Counted from the first letter of the stretch, positions 49,201 through 58,992 are shown. The stretch: 64,000 bases of DNA from Clostridia bacterium (GCA_017502165.1 JAFVVO010000019.1:63415-127414), one strand, 5' to 3'. Numbers and translations are program-made. The notes: generated by a model from the sequence alone, not told the origin.

Positions 49201-49357
49201 TTCCGTTGGCGGTGGGAGGACCGTCATAGAAAGTAAACTCTTCATTACCCTCGTTTTTTTCTGTGCTGCGCTGGAAGACGTTATTTTCCTTCCAGAATTC
49301 AAGAATTTCTTTTTCCCTGTCAACAAAATTAAGACCGGAATCAACTTTTTTGTACAT
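46244..49357 (-). CDS. ileS: Isoleucyl-tRNA synthetase (IleRS2-type)
   Basis: Start MYKKVDS after GGAGG; FYDGPPTANG, HIGH, WTTTPWTLP, KMSKH; no C-terminal Zn finger. Confidence 0.95.
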   Translation of the reverse strand: MYKKVDSGLNFVDREKEILEFWKENNVFQRSTEKNEGNEEFTFYDGPPTANGKPHIGHILTRVIKDIIPRYRTMKGYHILRKAGWDTHGLPVELEVEKQLGISGKPQIEDFGIEPFIERCKESVWKYQGEWEKMSDRVGYWVDMEHPYVTYEDDYIESEWWALKTIADKGLLYKGHKVVPYCPRCGTALSSHEVAQGYKDVKETSVFVAFKVKGEDNTFLLAWTTTPWTLPSNVALCVNAKEEYVYADFEGKTYICAKALLESALGEGATVTKTLLGADLCGLDYEPLFDFAKTNKRAWYVVADDYVTLDAGSGIVHIAPAFGEDDARVGRENDLPFVQLINAQGCFVDEATPYAGMFIKDADKVIIKDLEEQGKLVRAVEFTHSYPFCWRCDTPLIYYARSTWFIKMTAVKEQLIRNNRSVNWIPESIKDGRMGNFLENVIDWGLSRERYWGTPLPVWECECGHFHTVGSREELVKLTGCDKDIELHKPFLDPLTIKCEKCGREMHRAPEVIDCWFDSGSMPFAQLHYPFENKELFDKLFPADFISEAIDQTRGWFYTLLAISTLLFDKAPFRNCIVLGHVNDKDGIKMSKHKGNVVDPWSILDKQGADAVRWYFYTGSSPWLPSRFYGEAVSEAQRKYMGTLWNTYAFYVMYANIDKFDPTKYTLEYDKLSVMDKWILSRLQSLIAFVDEGLENYRITETARAMNDFVDELSNWYIRRGRERYWGKEMTQDKINAYMTLYTVLETLTKITAPYTPFVAEEIYRNIVCSVDSTAPESVHLCSFPASNTAWIDKELEDNMDYLLKAVALGRACRNDANIKNRQPLQTLFISGAKVLPEMFCKEIEDELNVKEVKFTDDSSDFITYTFKPQLRTVGPKYGKLVGLIGKTLATADGSALMRQLNAEGSIKLDIDSNEVILTQEDLLITPANKSGFTAQSDSEITVVLDNNLTDELISEGYMRELVSKIQTMRKETGYEVTDHINLVITADGKIKEVVEAYAASIADDCLADSVSVGEPLENNKEWDINDLKCVISMEKI

Positions 49358-49367
49358 ATTTACCTCC

Positions 49368-49585
49368 AAAGAAAAAATAAGCCTTGTGCGTTTGGAAACG
49401 GCACAAGACAAACCACCAAAATCGCGCGTACTAACATACGGTGTTGCGTAATGTGCAACTGACATCGGCAGCTACTTGATTCGCCACCGCCTCTGGCAAG
49501 TGATACCTTAAAAACACCGCTGCGTATTCGCACCAACCATACGCTCTCTGAAAGCTTTTTGTTATTAAGACGCGTCTTGATAAAT
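49368..49585 (-). ncRNA. Ile T-box riboswitch leader
   Basis: AGAGAGC..GGTGCGAA stem I boxes, ATC specifier candidate, GGTGG T-box core, GTCTTGTGC/GCACAAGGC terminator plus U-run; upstream TTTACA-N17-TATAAT. Confidence 0.75.
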
Positions 49586-49761
49586 GAGTTTATATATTTA
49601 ATACATTCATATTATATATAATAACCGCTTTTTTGTAAAGTAAAAGTTTCACAATTTTAATTGGTATAATGTTTGACAACTACGAGGCGAAAATGATATA
49701 ATAACGTTACATATTACTTTAGAAAAAGTAACGGAAATAAATGAATCGGGGAGCGAGCTTT

Positions 49762-50361
49762 ATGGAACAAAAAGAAGAAAATATTCAAAGAGTGGATAAT
49801 AAGCCTGCTTCCATATATTCTATTTTTGTTTTTGCACTGGTTTTTTTATTCGTTTATATCTTTTACCCGCAGATTTCTATGGTTATTCCGTTTTTAGGCC
49901 AAAACGTTACAATAGAAACCAACTATTCCTCGCTTTCGCAAAACGATATTGCCGGAGCGGAATATGTCGTCATTGCAACTGCCAAGGAAAAAGGGTCGAT
50001 TATAACCGACCGTATAGCCGGTGATATTGACGTTTATGCTTTGGTGGACGTTGAATGCGTTGAGGTTCTTAAGGGCGAGGCTAAAGCGGGAGACAAGCTT
50101 CAGGTGGCGCAATTAGGCGGAAGTACCTTAATAAAAAATCCCAAATCAAACATTAAAACCAAGTATAACGTAAGGTATGCAGATTGCGCAAATATTGAAG
50201 TAGGAAATACGTACCTGCTCTTTATTGACGGCGGCTGCAACGTTATTCAGGGAGCATACGGTTGCTTCAGGCAAACGGAAAACGGCTCCTTTGCCGATAA
50301 TAAAGGACGGGTTTATACAAAAGAGGCTATACTGAATATGGTTTCGGAGGCAACGCAGTGA
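49762..50361 (+). CDS. Hypothetical membrane-anchored protein
   Basis: Likely start MEQKEE after GGGGAG; single TM; VEVLKG..QLGG..YLLF beta domain. Confidence 0.65.
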   Translation: MEQKEENIQRVDNKPASIYSIFVFALVFLFVYIFYPQISMVIPFLGQNVTIETNYSSLSQNDIAGAEYVVIATAKEKGSIITDRIAGDIDVYALVDVECVEVLKGEAKAGDKLQVAQLGGSTLIKNPKSNIKTKYNVRYADCANIEVGNTYLLFIDGGCNVIQGAYGCFRQTENGSFADNKGRVYTKEAILNMVSEATQ

Positions 50362-52442
50362 AAAGATTTTTATTAAAACTTGTTGTGTTAACGGTATCCG
50401 TTACGGCGTTGCTTTTAATATGCACCTCCTGCGTAGGATATTCCTATGACGGTGTTGCAACGGCATATCTTAATGCCTTTACGCGCTTCGATTACGAAAA
50501 GATGTACGATATGCTTACTCCCGGCTCTCAAGGCAGAGTTGATTACGAAGAGTTCGTTGAATATCACAAAAAGGTTTACGATACTCTTAAAATCCAATCC
50601 GTTTCCGTTCAGCGCGGAGAATCGGTAGATAACGGCATATCAAAATCTTACGATTACACCGCTACCTTCAAGTCTGCAGAATACGGTGAATTTACCTTTG
50701 ATATGCAGCTTGAGGTTTATAAAAAGGCAAAGTTCTATTTAGTTGCCTGGACGCCTGCCAACGTGGTTTCCTCAATGAATTGGAACGATAGAATTTTTCT
50801 TTCCGAAACCTTAGGAAAGCGTGGAGAAATATTTGACCGTGACGGCAGAGTAATAGTTAAAAACGATTATGCAATAACCGTTTATGCCGATAAAAGCAAA
50901 ATTGAAGGCAGAGAAGATTCGGTTTGCGCTCAGGTAGCCAATATCCTTAAGCTTGAGAGTGATGCGGTAAAGAAAAGCCTGAGCAAATCCTACGGTACAA
51001 CGGGCATTCTTGCAACCTTGTTCAAGGGTGAGCTTACTGCAGAGCAGGAGACGGCTCTGCTGGAAATTGAAAGCGTTAAAATCGACAGGGATTCCATTAC
51101 TCCCATCAGATATTATCCCTACGGAGAGGCTCTTGCACAAACCTTAGGGTATGCCACACCGGTCACGGAAACTGATCGGGAAAAGGAAGAATATAAGTTC
51201 CTCGATGAAGGCGTCAGAGTAGGAAGAAGCGGTCTTGAAGCGGCGTTTGACAGTTACCTTCAAGGTAAAAAGGGAATGCAGATATATCTGCTTTCCGATG
51301 ACAGTAAGCGGAAAACCGTTTTATACGAAAAGCCTGCCCAGGACGGATATGATCTTAAGCTTACGGTAGACATTCTTTTGCAGAAATCCGTAACCGATTA
51401 TATGAACGAGCATTATAAAAGCTCTTCAGGTACCGCAACGGTTATTGAGCCTACCACGGGCGCGGTTATAACTATGGTAAGCTATCCAAGCTATAATGCC
51501 AACGTTTACGCCTTTGATAAGGCAACAAATTACGGCGATTTGTTCCAGAACAAGCAAACACCTCTGCTTAACAGAAACATTCAAGGCACCTATCCGCCGG
51601 GCTCGATATTTAAGTCGGTTATGGCGTGCATAGGTCTTGATACGAATACTGTTGCAACCTCAACCATTTTCCCTTACGAAAATGAAATTCAGTATTATAC
51701 TGCGGAAAAGGAGCGTTGGCGTCCTGCAGGCAGTAATTGGTCAAATTATATTATCCGTCAGTCCTTCCCCAATGCAGGATATAAGGGCAGACTTGATATG
51801 AACAGAGGCCTTATCTGGTCGGATAATATTTACTTCGGTTGGCTCGCCATGAAGGTGGGCAAGACCAATATGATAAATTATGCTACAAAGATAGGCATTG
51901 GGGAACAGCTTCCCTTTGAACTTAACGTGAAAAAGGCCCAGCTTGCCAACGATTTCAAGACTCTTAACAGTCAGAAATTGCTTGCAGATACGGGCTTTGG
52001 GCAGGGAGAAATGCTCTTTACACCCCTGCAATTATGCTCTACCTTTTCTATGTTTGGAAATTCAGGTACTATAATGCAACCATATATTGTGCAAAGTATT
52101 TGCACCACCAATGAATTTGGTGAACTTGAAGAAATTAACGTCACCGAGCCAAAGGTCTTCAAGAAGGCTTTCGGTGAAACCGTAACTTCTGCTGTGCGCG
52201 CTATACTTGAAAAAACAGCAACGCAGGGTACCGGTAAAAGCGGTGTTCGAGGACTTAGCTCCATGCGAATTGCCGCCAAAACAGGTACTGCTCAAACAAG
52301 CGCGAACTCCACGGGTGAGGTTGGCTGGTACGCCGGCATTGTTATTGAAGGCGGAGAAAAATCCGCCGTGCTTGTAAGCGCCGATGAAGGCGACTTAAAG
52401 TTTGCTTGCGTAAATCATATTTTCAGTCAACTGAAAAACTAA
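50358..52442 (+). CDS. Class B penicillin-binding protein with NTF2-like (MecA_N) domain
   Basis: RGEIFDRDG, RYYPYG, GSIFK (SxxK), SDN, KTGTA. Confidence 0.9.
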   Translation: MKRFLLKLVVLTVSVTALLLICTSCVGYSYDGVATAYLNAFTRFDYEKMYDMLTPGSQGRVDYEEFVEYHKKVYDTLKIQSVSVQRGESVDNGISKSYDYTATFKSAEYGEFTFDMQLEVYKKAKFYLVAWTPANVVSSMNWNDRIFLSETLGKRGEIFDRDGRVIVKNDYAITVYADKSKIEGREDSVCAQVANILKLESDAVKKSLSKSYGTTGILATLFKGELTAEQETALLEIESVKIDRDSITPIRYYPYGEALAQTLGYATPVTETDREKEEYKFLDEGVRVGRSGLEAAFDSYLQGKKGMQIYLLSDDSKRKTVLYEKPAQDGYDLKLTVDILLQKSVTDYMNEHYKSSSGTATVIEPTTGAVITMVSYPSYNANVYAFDKATNYGDLFQNKQTPLLNRNIQGTYPPGSIFKSVMACIGLDTNTVATSTIFPYENEIQYYTAEKERWRPAGSNWSNYIIRQSFPNAGYKGRLDMNRGLIWSDNIYFGWLAMKVGKTNMINYATKIGIGEQLPFELNVKKAQLANDFKTLNSQKLLADTGFGQGEMLFTPLQLCSTFSMFGNSGTIMQPYIVQSICTTNEFGELEEINVTEPKVFKKAFGETVTSAVRAILEKTATQGTGKSGVRGLSSMRIAAKTGTAQTSANSTGEVGWYAGIVIEGGEKSAVLVSADEGDLKFACVNHIFSQLKN

Positions 52443-52455
52443 GGAGGTCTCTATT

Positions 52456-53511
52456 ATGGGAAAAAAAGAAGGTAACGTTATTACTCGCCTTTTGCGCAGA
52501 TGGTTTTTAGATGCATTCAGCGCAATGGCACTTGGCGTATTTGCTACGCTTTTGATGGGAACGATCATCGGGCAGATAGGCGCATGGACAAAGCTTGACA
52601 TGCTTATTAAGCTCGGCACCTTTGCCAAAAACGGCTTTGTAGTAGGTGCGGCGATCGGTGTTGCAGTTGCCAACGGCTTGAAGGTTAAGCCCTTGGTAAT
52701 GTTCTCCGCGGCGGTTTGCGGCGCGGTAGGCTATTCTGACGGAGGTCCGTTGGGCGCTTATGTTGCCGCTTTAATCGGAAGCGAGCTTGCAAATCTCGTT
52801 GCAGGTAAAACTCATTTCGACATTATTTTAGTTCCTGCAGTAAGCATTTTAACCGGCGGCACAGTAGGCTTGTTTACAGGTCCCTACATTGATGCCTTCT
52901 GCGATTGGATAGGCTTACAGATCAAGCTTTCTATGGAACTGCAGCCTATTTTAATGGGAATGATAGTTTCCTGCGTAATGGGGCTTGCTTTAACTGCGCC
53001 CATTTCAAGCGCGGCTATTTCAACGGTAGTTTTCACTCAAGGACTTTATGCAGGAAATGAGCGGGCAATTGCCTTGGCGGCAGGTGCGGCAACGGTGGGT
53101 TGCTGCTGTCAGATGGTAGGCTTTGCGGTTTCCTCTTACCGTGAAAACGGCTTCAGCGGCCTTCTTGCTCAAGGCTTGGGCACTTCAATGCTTCAGGTGC
53201 CTAACATTATGAAGCATCCCTTAATACTTATTCCCCCAACCTTAACTTCAATAATTCTCGGCGCAGTTTCAGCCCTTGACTTTGTTGGTATGGCAAACGG
53301 CCCCGGAGTTTACGGCGGTATGGGAACCTGCGGCTTAGTAGGCCCTGCGGGCATGTGGGGATATATGATGCCAAACGGCTTCGATTGGCTTATTTTCGTT
53401 AAAATCGTGCTTATGTGCGTTATCTTGCCTGCTGTTTTATCCTTTGCTATTTCAGAGGCTATGCGTAAATTAGGCTGGATTAAAAGCGGAGATATGAAGC
53501 TGGACTTATAA
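52456..53511 (+). CDS. PTS EIIC_2-like membrane protein
   Basis: MALGVFATLL, PISSAA, QGLGTSMLQVPNI, GMGTCGLVG. Confidence 0.85.
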   Translation: MGKKEGNVITRLLRRWFLDAFSAMALGVFATLLMGTIIGQIGAWTKLDMLIKLGTFAKNGFVVGAAIGVAVANGLKVKPLVMFSAAVCGAVGYSDGGPLGAYVAALIGSELANLVAGKTHFDIILVPAVSILTGGTVGLFTGPYIDAFCDWIGLQIKLSMELQPILMGMIVSCVMGLALTAPISSAAISTVVFTQGLYAGNERAIALAAGAATVGCCCQMVGFAVSSYRENGFSGLLAQGLGTSMLQVPNIMKHPLILIPPTLTSIILGAVSALDFVGMANGPGVYGGMGTCGLVGPAGMWGYMMPNGFDWLIFVKIVLMCVILPAVLSFAISEAMRKLGWIKSGDMKLDL

Positions 53512-53516
53512 TTATC

Positions 53517-53550
53517 AAAAGTACCCGAACAAAACCGTTCGGGTATTTTT
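53517..53550 (+). terminator. Intrinsic terminator
   Basis: TACCCGAAC/GTTCGGGTA followed by a T-run. Confidence 0.75.
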
Positions 53551-53626
53551 ATAAAATAGTGCTTTATTTTAGCGTAAAAATGTAGTATAATGTAAATATC
53601 AATTTTAATCGTTAACAGAGGTAAAT

Positions 53627-54229
53627 ATGAAAAAATGTTTATTGGCAGCTGTTCTTGCTGTTGTGTTTGTTTTATCAGGTTGTGCTGCAGGTGTAGAGCC
53701 TATGGAATTTCGTGGCATTTACGATAAGGAAATAGTGCTTAACCGTATTGAAATTCTCAACCAAAAAGAAAGAACCGAAATTGATCTTGATAAGGTGACC
53801 GTTGCGCCCAACAAGGAAGCAACTGAAATCTGGGAGCTTGAAACGGAATACGTTTTCCTTCGTTATATGTTTGACGGCTCTCAGGTAGAGGGCTTCTTTG
53901 AAGACGTTGATGCAACTGCCGAAAAGAAGGCCACGGAAATGCTCGGTGATATGCTGAAGATATTTTCTGATAAGTATCACGATAAAAGCTTTGAAAATAA
54001 TGCCTTAAGCTCCCTTGTTCCCGCCGAGGAGCTGAGTGATTACACTGTTGACAGACTTGATGAAAATCCTCAGAGGGTTATTAATCTTATAGGCGACGGC
54101 GAATGTAAATTGTACGCCAAGACCTTTTCTGCACAGGGCTACAACGTTATTTTTGAAAAGCGTGTACGCACCTACGCGGACGGCACGCAGAAAATCGATT
54201 TATATTTTTTAGGTGATAAAAATGGATAA
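53627..54229 (+). CDS. Hypothetical lipoprotein
   Basis: Lipobox VLSGC; GAGG RBS. Confidence 0.75.
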   Translation: MKKCLLAAVLAVVFVLSGCAAGVEPMEFRGIYDKEIVLNRIEILNQKERTEIDLDKVTVAPNKEATEIWELETEYVFLRYMFDGSQVEGFFEDVDATAEKKATEMLGDMLKIFSDKYHDKSFENNALSSLVPAEELSDYTVDRLDENPQRVINLIGDGECKLYAKTFSAQGYNVIFEKRVRTYADGTQKIDLYFLGDKNG

Positions 54230-54758
54230 TTTGAAAAATCAGGCATCTCAGGCAATTAAAGAAATTCTTGCTCAGGCAAACGTTAAGGCAGGCGGACTGT
54301 TTGTGGTAGGCTGCTCCTCAAGTGAAATCGTAGGCGGAAAAATAGGCAAGGACTCAAGCATTGACGCGGCAAAAGAGGTCTTTGAGGGCATTTATTCCGT
54401 ACTGCAGGAGCAGGGAATTTTCCTTGCGGCACAGTGTTGTGAGCATTTGAACCGCGCTATTATTTTGGAGAGGGAAGCGGCTGAAAAATTCGGTTACGAA
54501 ATAGTAAGCGTAGTACCTCAGCCTAAGGCAGGCGGCTCCTTCGCCACAACGGCCTACAACAGATTTACCGATCCCGTAGCCGTTGAATTCGTCAAGGCGG
54601 ACGCAGGTGCAGATATTGGCGGCACCTTAATAGGAATGCACTTAAAGCACGTTGCGGTGCCGGTCAGAATTTCCTTTGATAAAATAGGTCAGGCACAGCT
54701 GCTTGCGGCAAGAACAAGACCTAAGTTTATCGGCGGTGAAAGAGCAAAATATAACTGA
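54222..54758 (+). CDS. UPF0340/YwlG-family protein
   Basis: VGCSSSE, QCCEHLNRA, PKAGGS, DIGGTLIGMH, RPKFIGGERA. Confidence 0.9.
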   Translation: MDNLKNQASQAIKEILAQANVKAGGLFVVGCSSSEIVGGKIGKDSSIDAAKEVFEGIYSVLQEQGIFLAAQCCEHLNRAIILEREAAEKFGYEIVSVVPQPKAGGSFATTAYNRFTDPVAVEFVKADAGADIGGTLIGMHLKHVAVPVRISFDKIGQAQLLAARTRPKFIGGERAKYN

Positions 54759-54791
54759 TACAATTTTTAATTCGAGTTTCAGGAGAAATTT

Positions 54792-56705
54792 ATGCAACAC
54801 GGATTTGGGTTTGGACCTTCTAACAGGCAGATAAACGATAAAAACAGAATACCGAAGCCGAAAAGTGTAAAAGAAATTCCGTCGTACCTTAGAAAGCTTA
54901 CGACCACCTTCTTTACCAGGCTGTTCTATATTTTCGGTCTGGTCTGGGAAACGAAGCCCTTAATACTTGTTTTAATGGTTTTAATTGCCCTGATAAATGG
55001 TATTTTACCCGTTGTCGGCGCATATATTACTGCACAGATAATCAACAGATTAGCGGAGTCAATACAAGGCGTTCCCGTTGAATTAAGTGCCTTAGGTGCG
55101 CTTTTTATCGGTCAGTTTGCGTACTTGTTTTTCAGCAGAGTTACCACGGAAATCAACAGAATACTGTCTAATCTTTCGGGCGAAATGGTTACTAATCACA
55201 TTCGCCGAAAAATTATGCGCAAGGCAAAGGAAATTGACGTTGCCTGCTTTGATTTGCCCGATTTTTACGAAAGACTTGAAAATGCCAACAGAGAAGCAGG
55301 GATGCGTCCCATACAGATACTTAACGCCAGCCTTAACATTATAAGCACCACCGTTAGCATGATAAGCTTTATTATCATACTTATAAATGTAAGCTTTTGG
55401 ACGCCGTTTCTTGTGGGAATCCTTGCATTGCCCTCTGCAATAGTTAATTTTATTTTCCGCAAGAAAACAGTCAACTATATGCGCAGACGGTCTAAGGCAA
55501 GACGACAGATGAATTACTATTCCTCGTCGGTGGTAAACAAGGATATGGTTAAGGAAATGCGTCTGCTCGGCTTGAACGATGAGTTTGAAAAGCGTTACGA
55601 TTCCGTTTTTGCCGATTATTTTTCAGGATTAAAGAGAATAATACTGTCCGAGGGAATATGGAACGTTGGATTTACTCTGTTGCGCATACTTGTTTCCTGC
55701 AGTTTGTTCTTCTTTATTGCTATGCTCGTTCTCGATAAGCAAATTCAGATTGGTGATTATTCCTATTATACCGGCGCTCTGTCGTCCATTGCTACGGGAG
55801 TAAGCACATTTATTTCGGGAACCTCTACGGTGTACGAGGGTACGCTTTTTATTGAAAATCTTATAACCTTTATGAAGCAAAAGCCGTCGGTGGTGCCATT
55901 GGGCGAAGGAATTATGCCCGAGACCGGCGTAGGCCACACCATTGAGTTTGTTGACGTTACCTTTAAGTATCCGGGAAGTGACAAGGCGGTTTTAGAGCAT
56001 TTTAATTTCAAGCTTGAAAAGGGTGAAACCGTAGCGCTGGTGGGACTTAACGGCGCAGGCAAAACAACTATCATTAAGCTTCTTACAAGGCTTTACGACG
56101 TAACTGACGGCGTAATTCTTCTTGACGGAAGAGACATAAGAGAATATAACGTTAAAGCACTTTACGATCTGTTCGGCATAGTTTTCCAGGATTTTGGAAA
56201 GTACGCCTTTACCGTTGAAGAAAACATTCGCTTCGGCAAAATAAATAAAAATGCGGATTTTTCTCAGGTGGAAAACGCATCCGTTCAAAGTGATGCCAAG
56301 GACTATATTGATTCGTTGCCCTTTGGATTTGATACTCCGCTTACAAGATTTTTTGAGGACGAGGGAACTGAGCTTTCAATGGGGCAATGGCAGAAGCTTG
56401 CGGTGGCAAGAGCCTTTTATTCGGATTCGGACATAATTATTCTCGATGAGCCAACTGCATCTTTAGATGCTTTGGCAGAGCAGGAGATTTTCCGCCAGTT
56501 TGATGTTTTGAGAAAAGACAAAACTACCTTGTTCGTTTCACACCGACTTTCCAGCGCAGTTGACGCGGACAGAATAGTGGTTGTTAAGGGTGGAAAAATC
56601 ATTGAAGACGGCAATCACAGTCGCTTAATGGAGCAAAATGGGGAATATGCACGAATGTTTGAAGCACAGGCAAAAAAATATAGAGCAAAAGTAACAAAAA
56701 TATGA
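54792..56705 (+). CDS. ABC exporter, fused TMD+NBD
   Basis: GLNGAGKT, LSMGQWQK, ILDEPTA, SHR. Confidence 0.92.
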   Translation: MQHGFGFGPSNRQINDKNRIPKPKSVKEIPSYLRKLTTTFFTRLFYIFGLVWETKPLILVLMVLIALINGILPVVGAYITAQIINRLAESIQGVPVELSALGALFIGQFAYLFFSRVTTEINRILSNLSGEMVTNHIRRKIMRKAKEIDVACFDLPDFYERLENANREAGMRPIQILNASLNIISTTVSMISFIIILINVSFWTPFLVGILALPSAIVNFIFRKKTVNYMRRRSKARRQMNYYSSSVVNKDMVKEMRLLGLNDEFEKRYDSVFADYFSGLKRIILSEGIWNVGFTLLRILVSCSLFFFIAMLVLDKQIQIGDYSYYTGALSSIATGVSTFISGTSTVYEGTLFIENLITFMKQKPSVVPLGEGIMPETGVGHTIEFVDVTFKYPGSDKAVLEHFNFKLEKGETVALVGLNGAGKTTIIKLLTRLYDVTDGVILLDGRDIREYNVKALYDLFGIVFQDFGKYAFTVEENIRFGKINKNADFSQVENASVQSDAKDYIDSLPFGFDTPLTRFFEDEGTELSMGQWQKLAVARAFYSDSDIIILDEPTASLDALAEQEIFRQFDVLRKDKTTLFVSHRLSSAVDADRIVVVKGGKIIEDGNHSRLMEQNGEYARMFEAQAKKYRAKVTKI

Positions 56706-56713
56706 AAAAACGG

Positions 56714-56742
56714 TTGACAATGAAAATGCTTTGTGCTATCAT
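56714..56742 (+). promoter_or_regulatory. Sigma-A promoter for the sortase locus
   Basis: TTGACA-N17-TATCAT with TG extension. Confidence 0.7.
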
Positions 56743-56783
56743 AAATTCAAAGTAATGTTTAATTAAGAAAGGAATAGATAATT

Positions 56784-57320
56784 ATGAAAAAATTAATCGT
56801 TATTCTTGCTATTATCTCATTAGTTGTATGCAGCATGTTTACCGTTTCTGCAGCAACCGAGGATGATTTAATTGCAAAGCTTAAAGAAATTCCTGCTGCA
56901 AATAACGAACAGTTCCTTAACGGCGCAATTAAGCTTATTAAGGAAGAAAAGTTCACTGAAGAAGAAATCAACAAACTTATCCCCTTGTTAGAAGAAGCTA
57001 AAACCGTTCTTCCCGAGGATAAGGGTACTGCTGCAAGAGATTACACCGATGCTCAGGTTGATAAGGTTTTCGAACTTCTTGATGAAGCTTGCGAAATCAC
57101 CGGCTGCTCATACGAAACCACAATTGATAAGAACAATGACTACGGTATTGTTCTTTACGGTTCCGACAATGAAGTTAAGCTTGAGTACACCGACGGTAAA
57201 GTAAACGCTACCGGTGTTGAAAGTGCAAACAATGCTTCCGTAATTTATCTTGTTGCCGGCGTACTTGTACTTGCTGCTGCTGGTGCTGTAATCGTTATGC
57301 GCAAGAGAGAGAATGCATAA
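56784..57320 (+). CDS. Putative sortase-anchored surface protein
   Basis: Signal peptide; C-terminal VNATG, hydrophobic helix and RKRE tail. Confidence 0.7.
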   Translation: MKKLIVILAIISLVVCSMFTVSAATEDDLIAKLKEIPAANNEQFLNGAIKLIKEEKFTEEEINKLIPLLEEAKTVLPEDKGTAARDYTDAQVDKVFELLDEACEITGCSYETTIDKNNDYGIVLYGSDNEVKLEYTDGKVNATGVESANNASVIYLVAGVLVLAAAGAVIVMRKRENA

Positions 57321-57338
57321 TTAAGGATTGATTATTTT

Positions 57339-58025
57339 ATGAAGAATAACGGCGTTGCAAGGCATATAATTATGCTTTGTGCGCCTTTTCTTTTATATGC
57401 GGTATCAGTGGTTTTGATTTCTTTATTTGTGTTTACTGCATTTATTGAGCCTTCGTCAATTTGGGGCGCGGTAATGTCAGGCGGAAATAAGATAGAATCA
57501 AACGATCAGGGCGTCGACCATAACATTGATTACGTTAAACCGTCACCTATAGTGCAAGAAGAAAAGGCGTATTACAATTTAGAAGAATTTCCCATAATTA
57601 AATGGGGCAAAAAATGGGCAACCATAAGCGTACCGTATCTTGGCGCAAAGGATATCGGTGTATATGAAGGCGACTCCTTGAGAATGCTCAATTACGGCAT
57701 AGTGCATTATTATTTTTCAAAAATGCCCGGGCAAGGCGGCAACTGCGTGCTGTCCTTCCACGTTAACAGACAGAAGGAGCTGTATTACCTGGAGGATCTA
57801 CCCATAGGTGAGCTTATAGAAATAAATGCTTCTTACGGCAAATACGTTTACAAGGTTACGTCCAAGGACGTTTTTGCATCTAACGATTCCACACTTATTA
57901 CAAGGGACGAAGGGGAAATGCTCACTATCTATACCTGTTATCCTAAGCAGGGACCCTACCGTAAGAAACGAATTGCTATTACCGGTCTGCTTGTTGAAGA
58001 GCTGAGCGACCCGACCTGGAGGTAA
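57339..58025 (+). CDS. Sortase (class D-like)
   Basis: N-terminal TM; PGQGGNCVLSFH (His), LTIYTCYP (Cys), KKRIAI (Arg). Confidence 0.88.
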   Translation: MKNNGVARHIIMLCAPFLLYAVSVVLISLFVFTAFIEPSSIWGAVMSGGNKIESNDQGVDHNIDYVKPSPIVQEEKAYYNLEEFPIIKWGKKWATISVPYLGAKDIGVYEGDSLRMLNYGIVHYYFSKMPGQGGNCVLSFHVNRQKELYYLEDLPIGELIEINASYGKYVYKVTSKDVFASNDSTLITRDEGEMLTIYTCYPKQGPYRKKRIAITGLLVEELSDPTWR

Positions 58026-58027
58026 GT

Positions 58028-58969
58028 ATGCGGAAAACAGAATATGCACGTCCGCGTACGTGGAAAAAAATTATACGCTTTTCTCTTGACGTTTTAGCGG
58101 CAATTCTTATTTTGTGCGCTGTGCTTTGCACCTTCTCATCAAGGTTTTTGCTGAACACAGAGGCGTATAAAAGCGTTGTAATAACCGAGGAATTTGATTC
58201 TGCGGTGATTAAAAGCATCGAAGAAAGCATTGAAGCATCAAGCTCCATAGTAGAAATACCTTCCGAGGTCGTGCTTGAAGCAGTTGACAGAAATAGGCTA
58301 ATAGCATACTGCCACGAGTATACCTTATCGTTTATTGATGCGGCTATAGAAAATAAGGAGTTTGCTCCTGAGCCGTTCCAAAGTGACAAGCTTAAGGATG
58401 CCATTTTTAAGCAGATGGAAGAGTACAGTGAGGTAGCAGTTGTAACCGAAGAGGAAGCCAACGCGGTTTATGAATATACTCTTGAAAATATTCAGCAAAC
58501 ACTTACGTATATTCCCAAGCTGATATTAAATGCAATGCCCTCAGCAGCAAGAATTCTTTCTGCCTTAGCAATTACGCAGAAGTTGGAAGCGGTTTTCTAT
58601 GCTCTGGCGGCAGTGGTAATAGTAAGTAATTTTTTGTTTGGCAAAAACGGACATTTGCTTGACGTTTTCTTTGGAACAAGTGCGGCAGTATGGGTTGCTC
58701 TTTGTACGGTGGAAATCCCTCTTTTAATGGTAACTCTGTACAATATTCCCTCAAGGCTTGCTTTAAGCAAAACTACCTTCTATTACCTTGTTAAAGGCGT
58801 TTTTGATATGCTTTTTGCCCGCTCGGCATTAGTCTTTGGTATTGCGCTGGCAATAGCTACAGCGGCTCTTGTTATTGCGGTAATTCTCATTACAAAAAAG
58901 AGAAAACAACAAACGAGAGAGGATAAAACAGAGCGGTTTTATCGGGTACACTTTGAAAAAGAAGAATAA
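58028..58969 (+). CDS. Hypothetical membrane protein
   Basis: One N-terminal and about three C-terminal TM segments; co-transcribed with the sortase. Confidence 0.7.
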   Translation: MRKTEYARPRTWKKIIRFSLDVLAAILILCAVLCTFSSRFLLNTEAYKSVVITEEFDSAVIKSIEESIEASSSIVEIPSEVVLEAVDRNRLIAYCHEYTLSFIDAAIENKEFAPEPFQSDKLKDAIFKQMEEYSEVAVVTEEEANAVYEYTLENIQQTLTYIPKLILNAMPSAARILSALAITQKLEAVFYALAAVVIVSNFLFGKNGHLLDVFFGTSAAVWVALCTVEIPLLMVTLYNIPSRLALSKTTFYYLVKGVFDMLFARSALVFGIALAIATAALVIAVILITKKRKQQTREDKTERFYRVHFEKEE

Positions 58970-58992
58970 TTTCAAAAAACAATAAAAAACAG

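Noticed and set aside
49358-49465. N-terminal extension of IleS and the 180-aa antisense ORF
   Set aside because: Overlaps the T-box terminator; the RBS supports the ATG at 49357.
50358-52442. mecA resistance gene
   Set aside because: The MecA_N-type domain is common in native class B PBPs; no mec regulators or mobile context.
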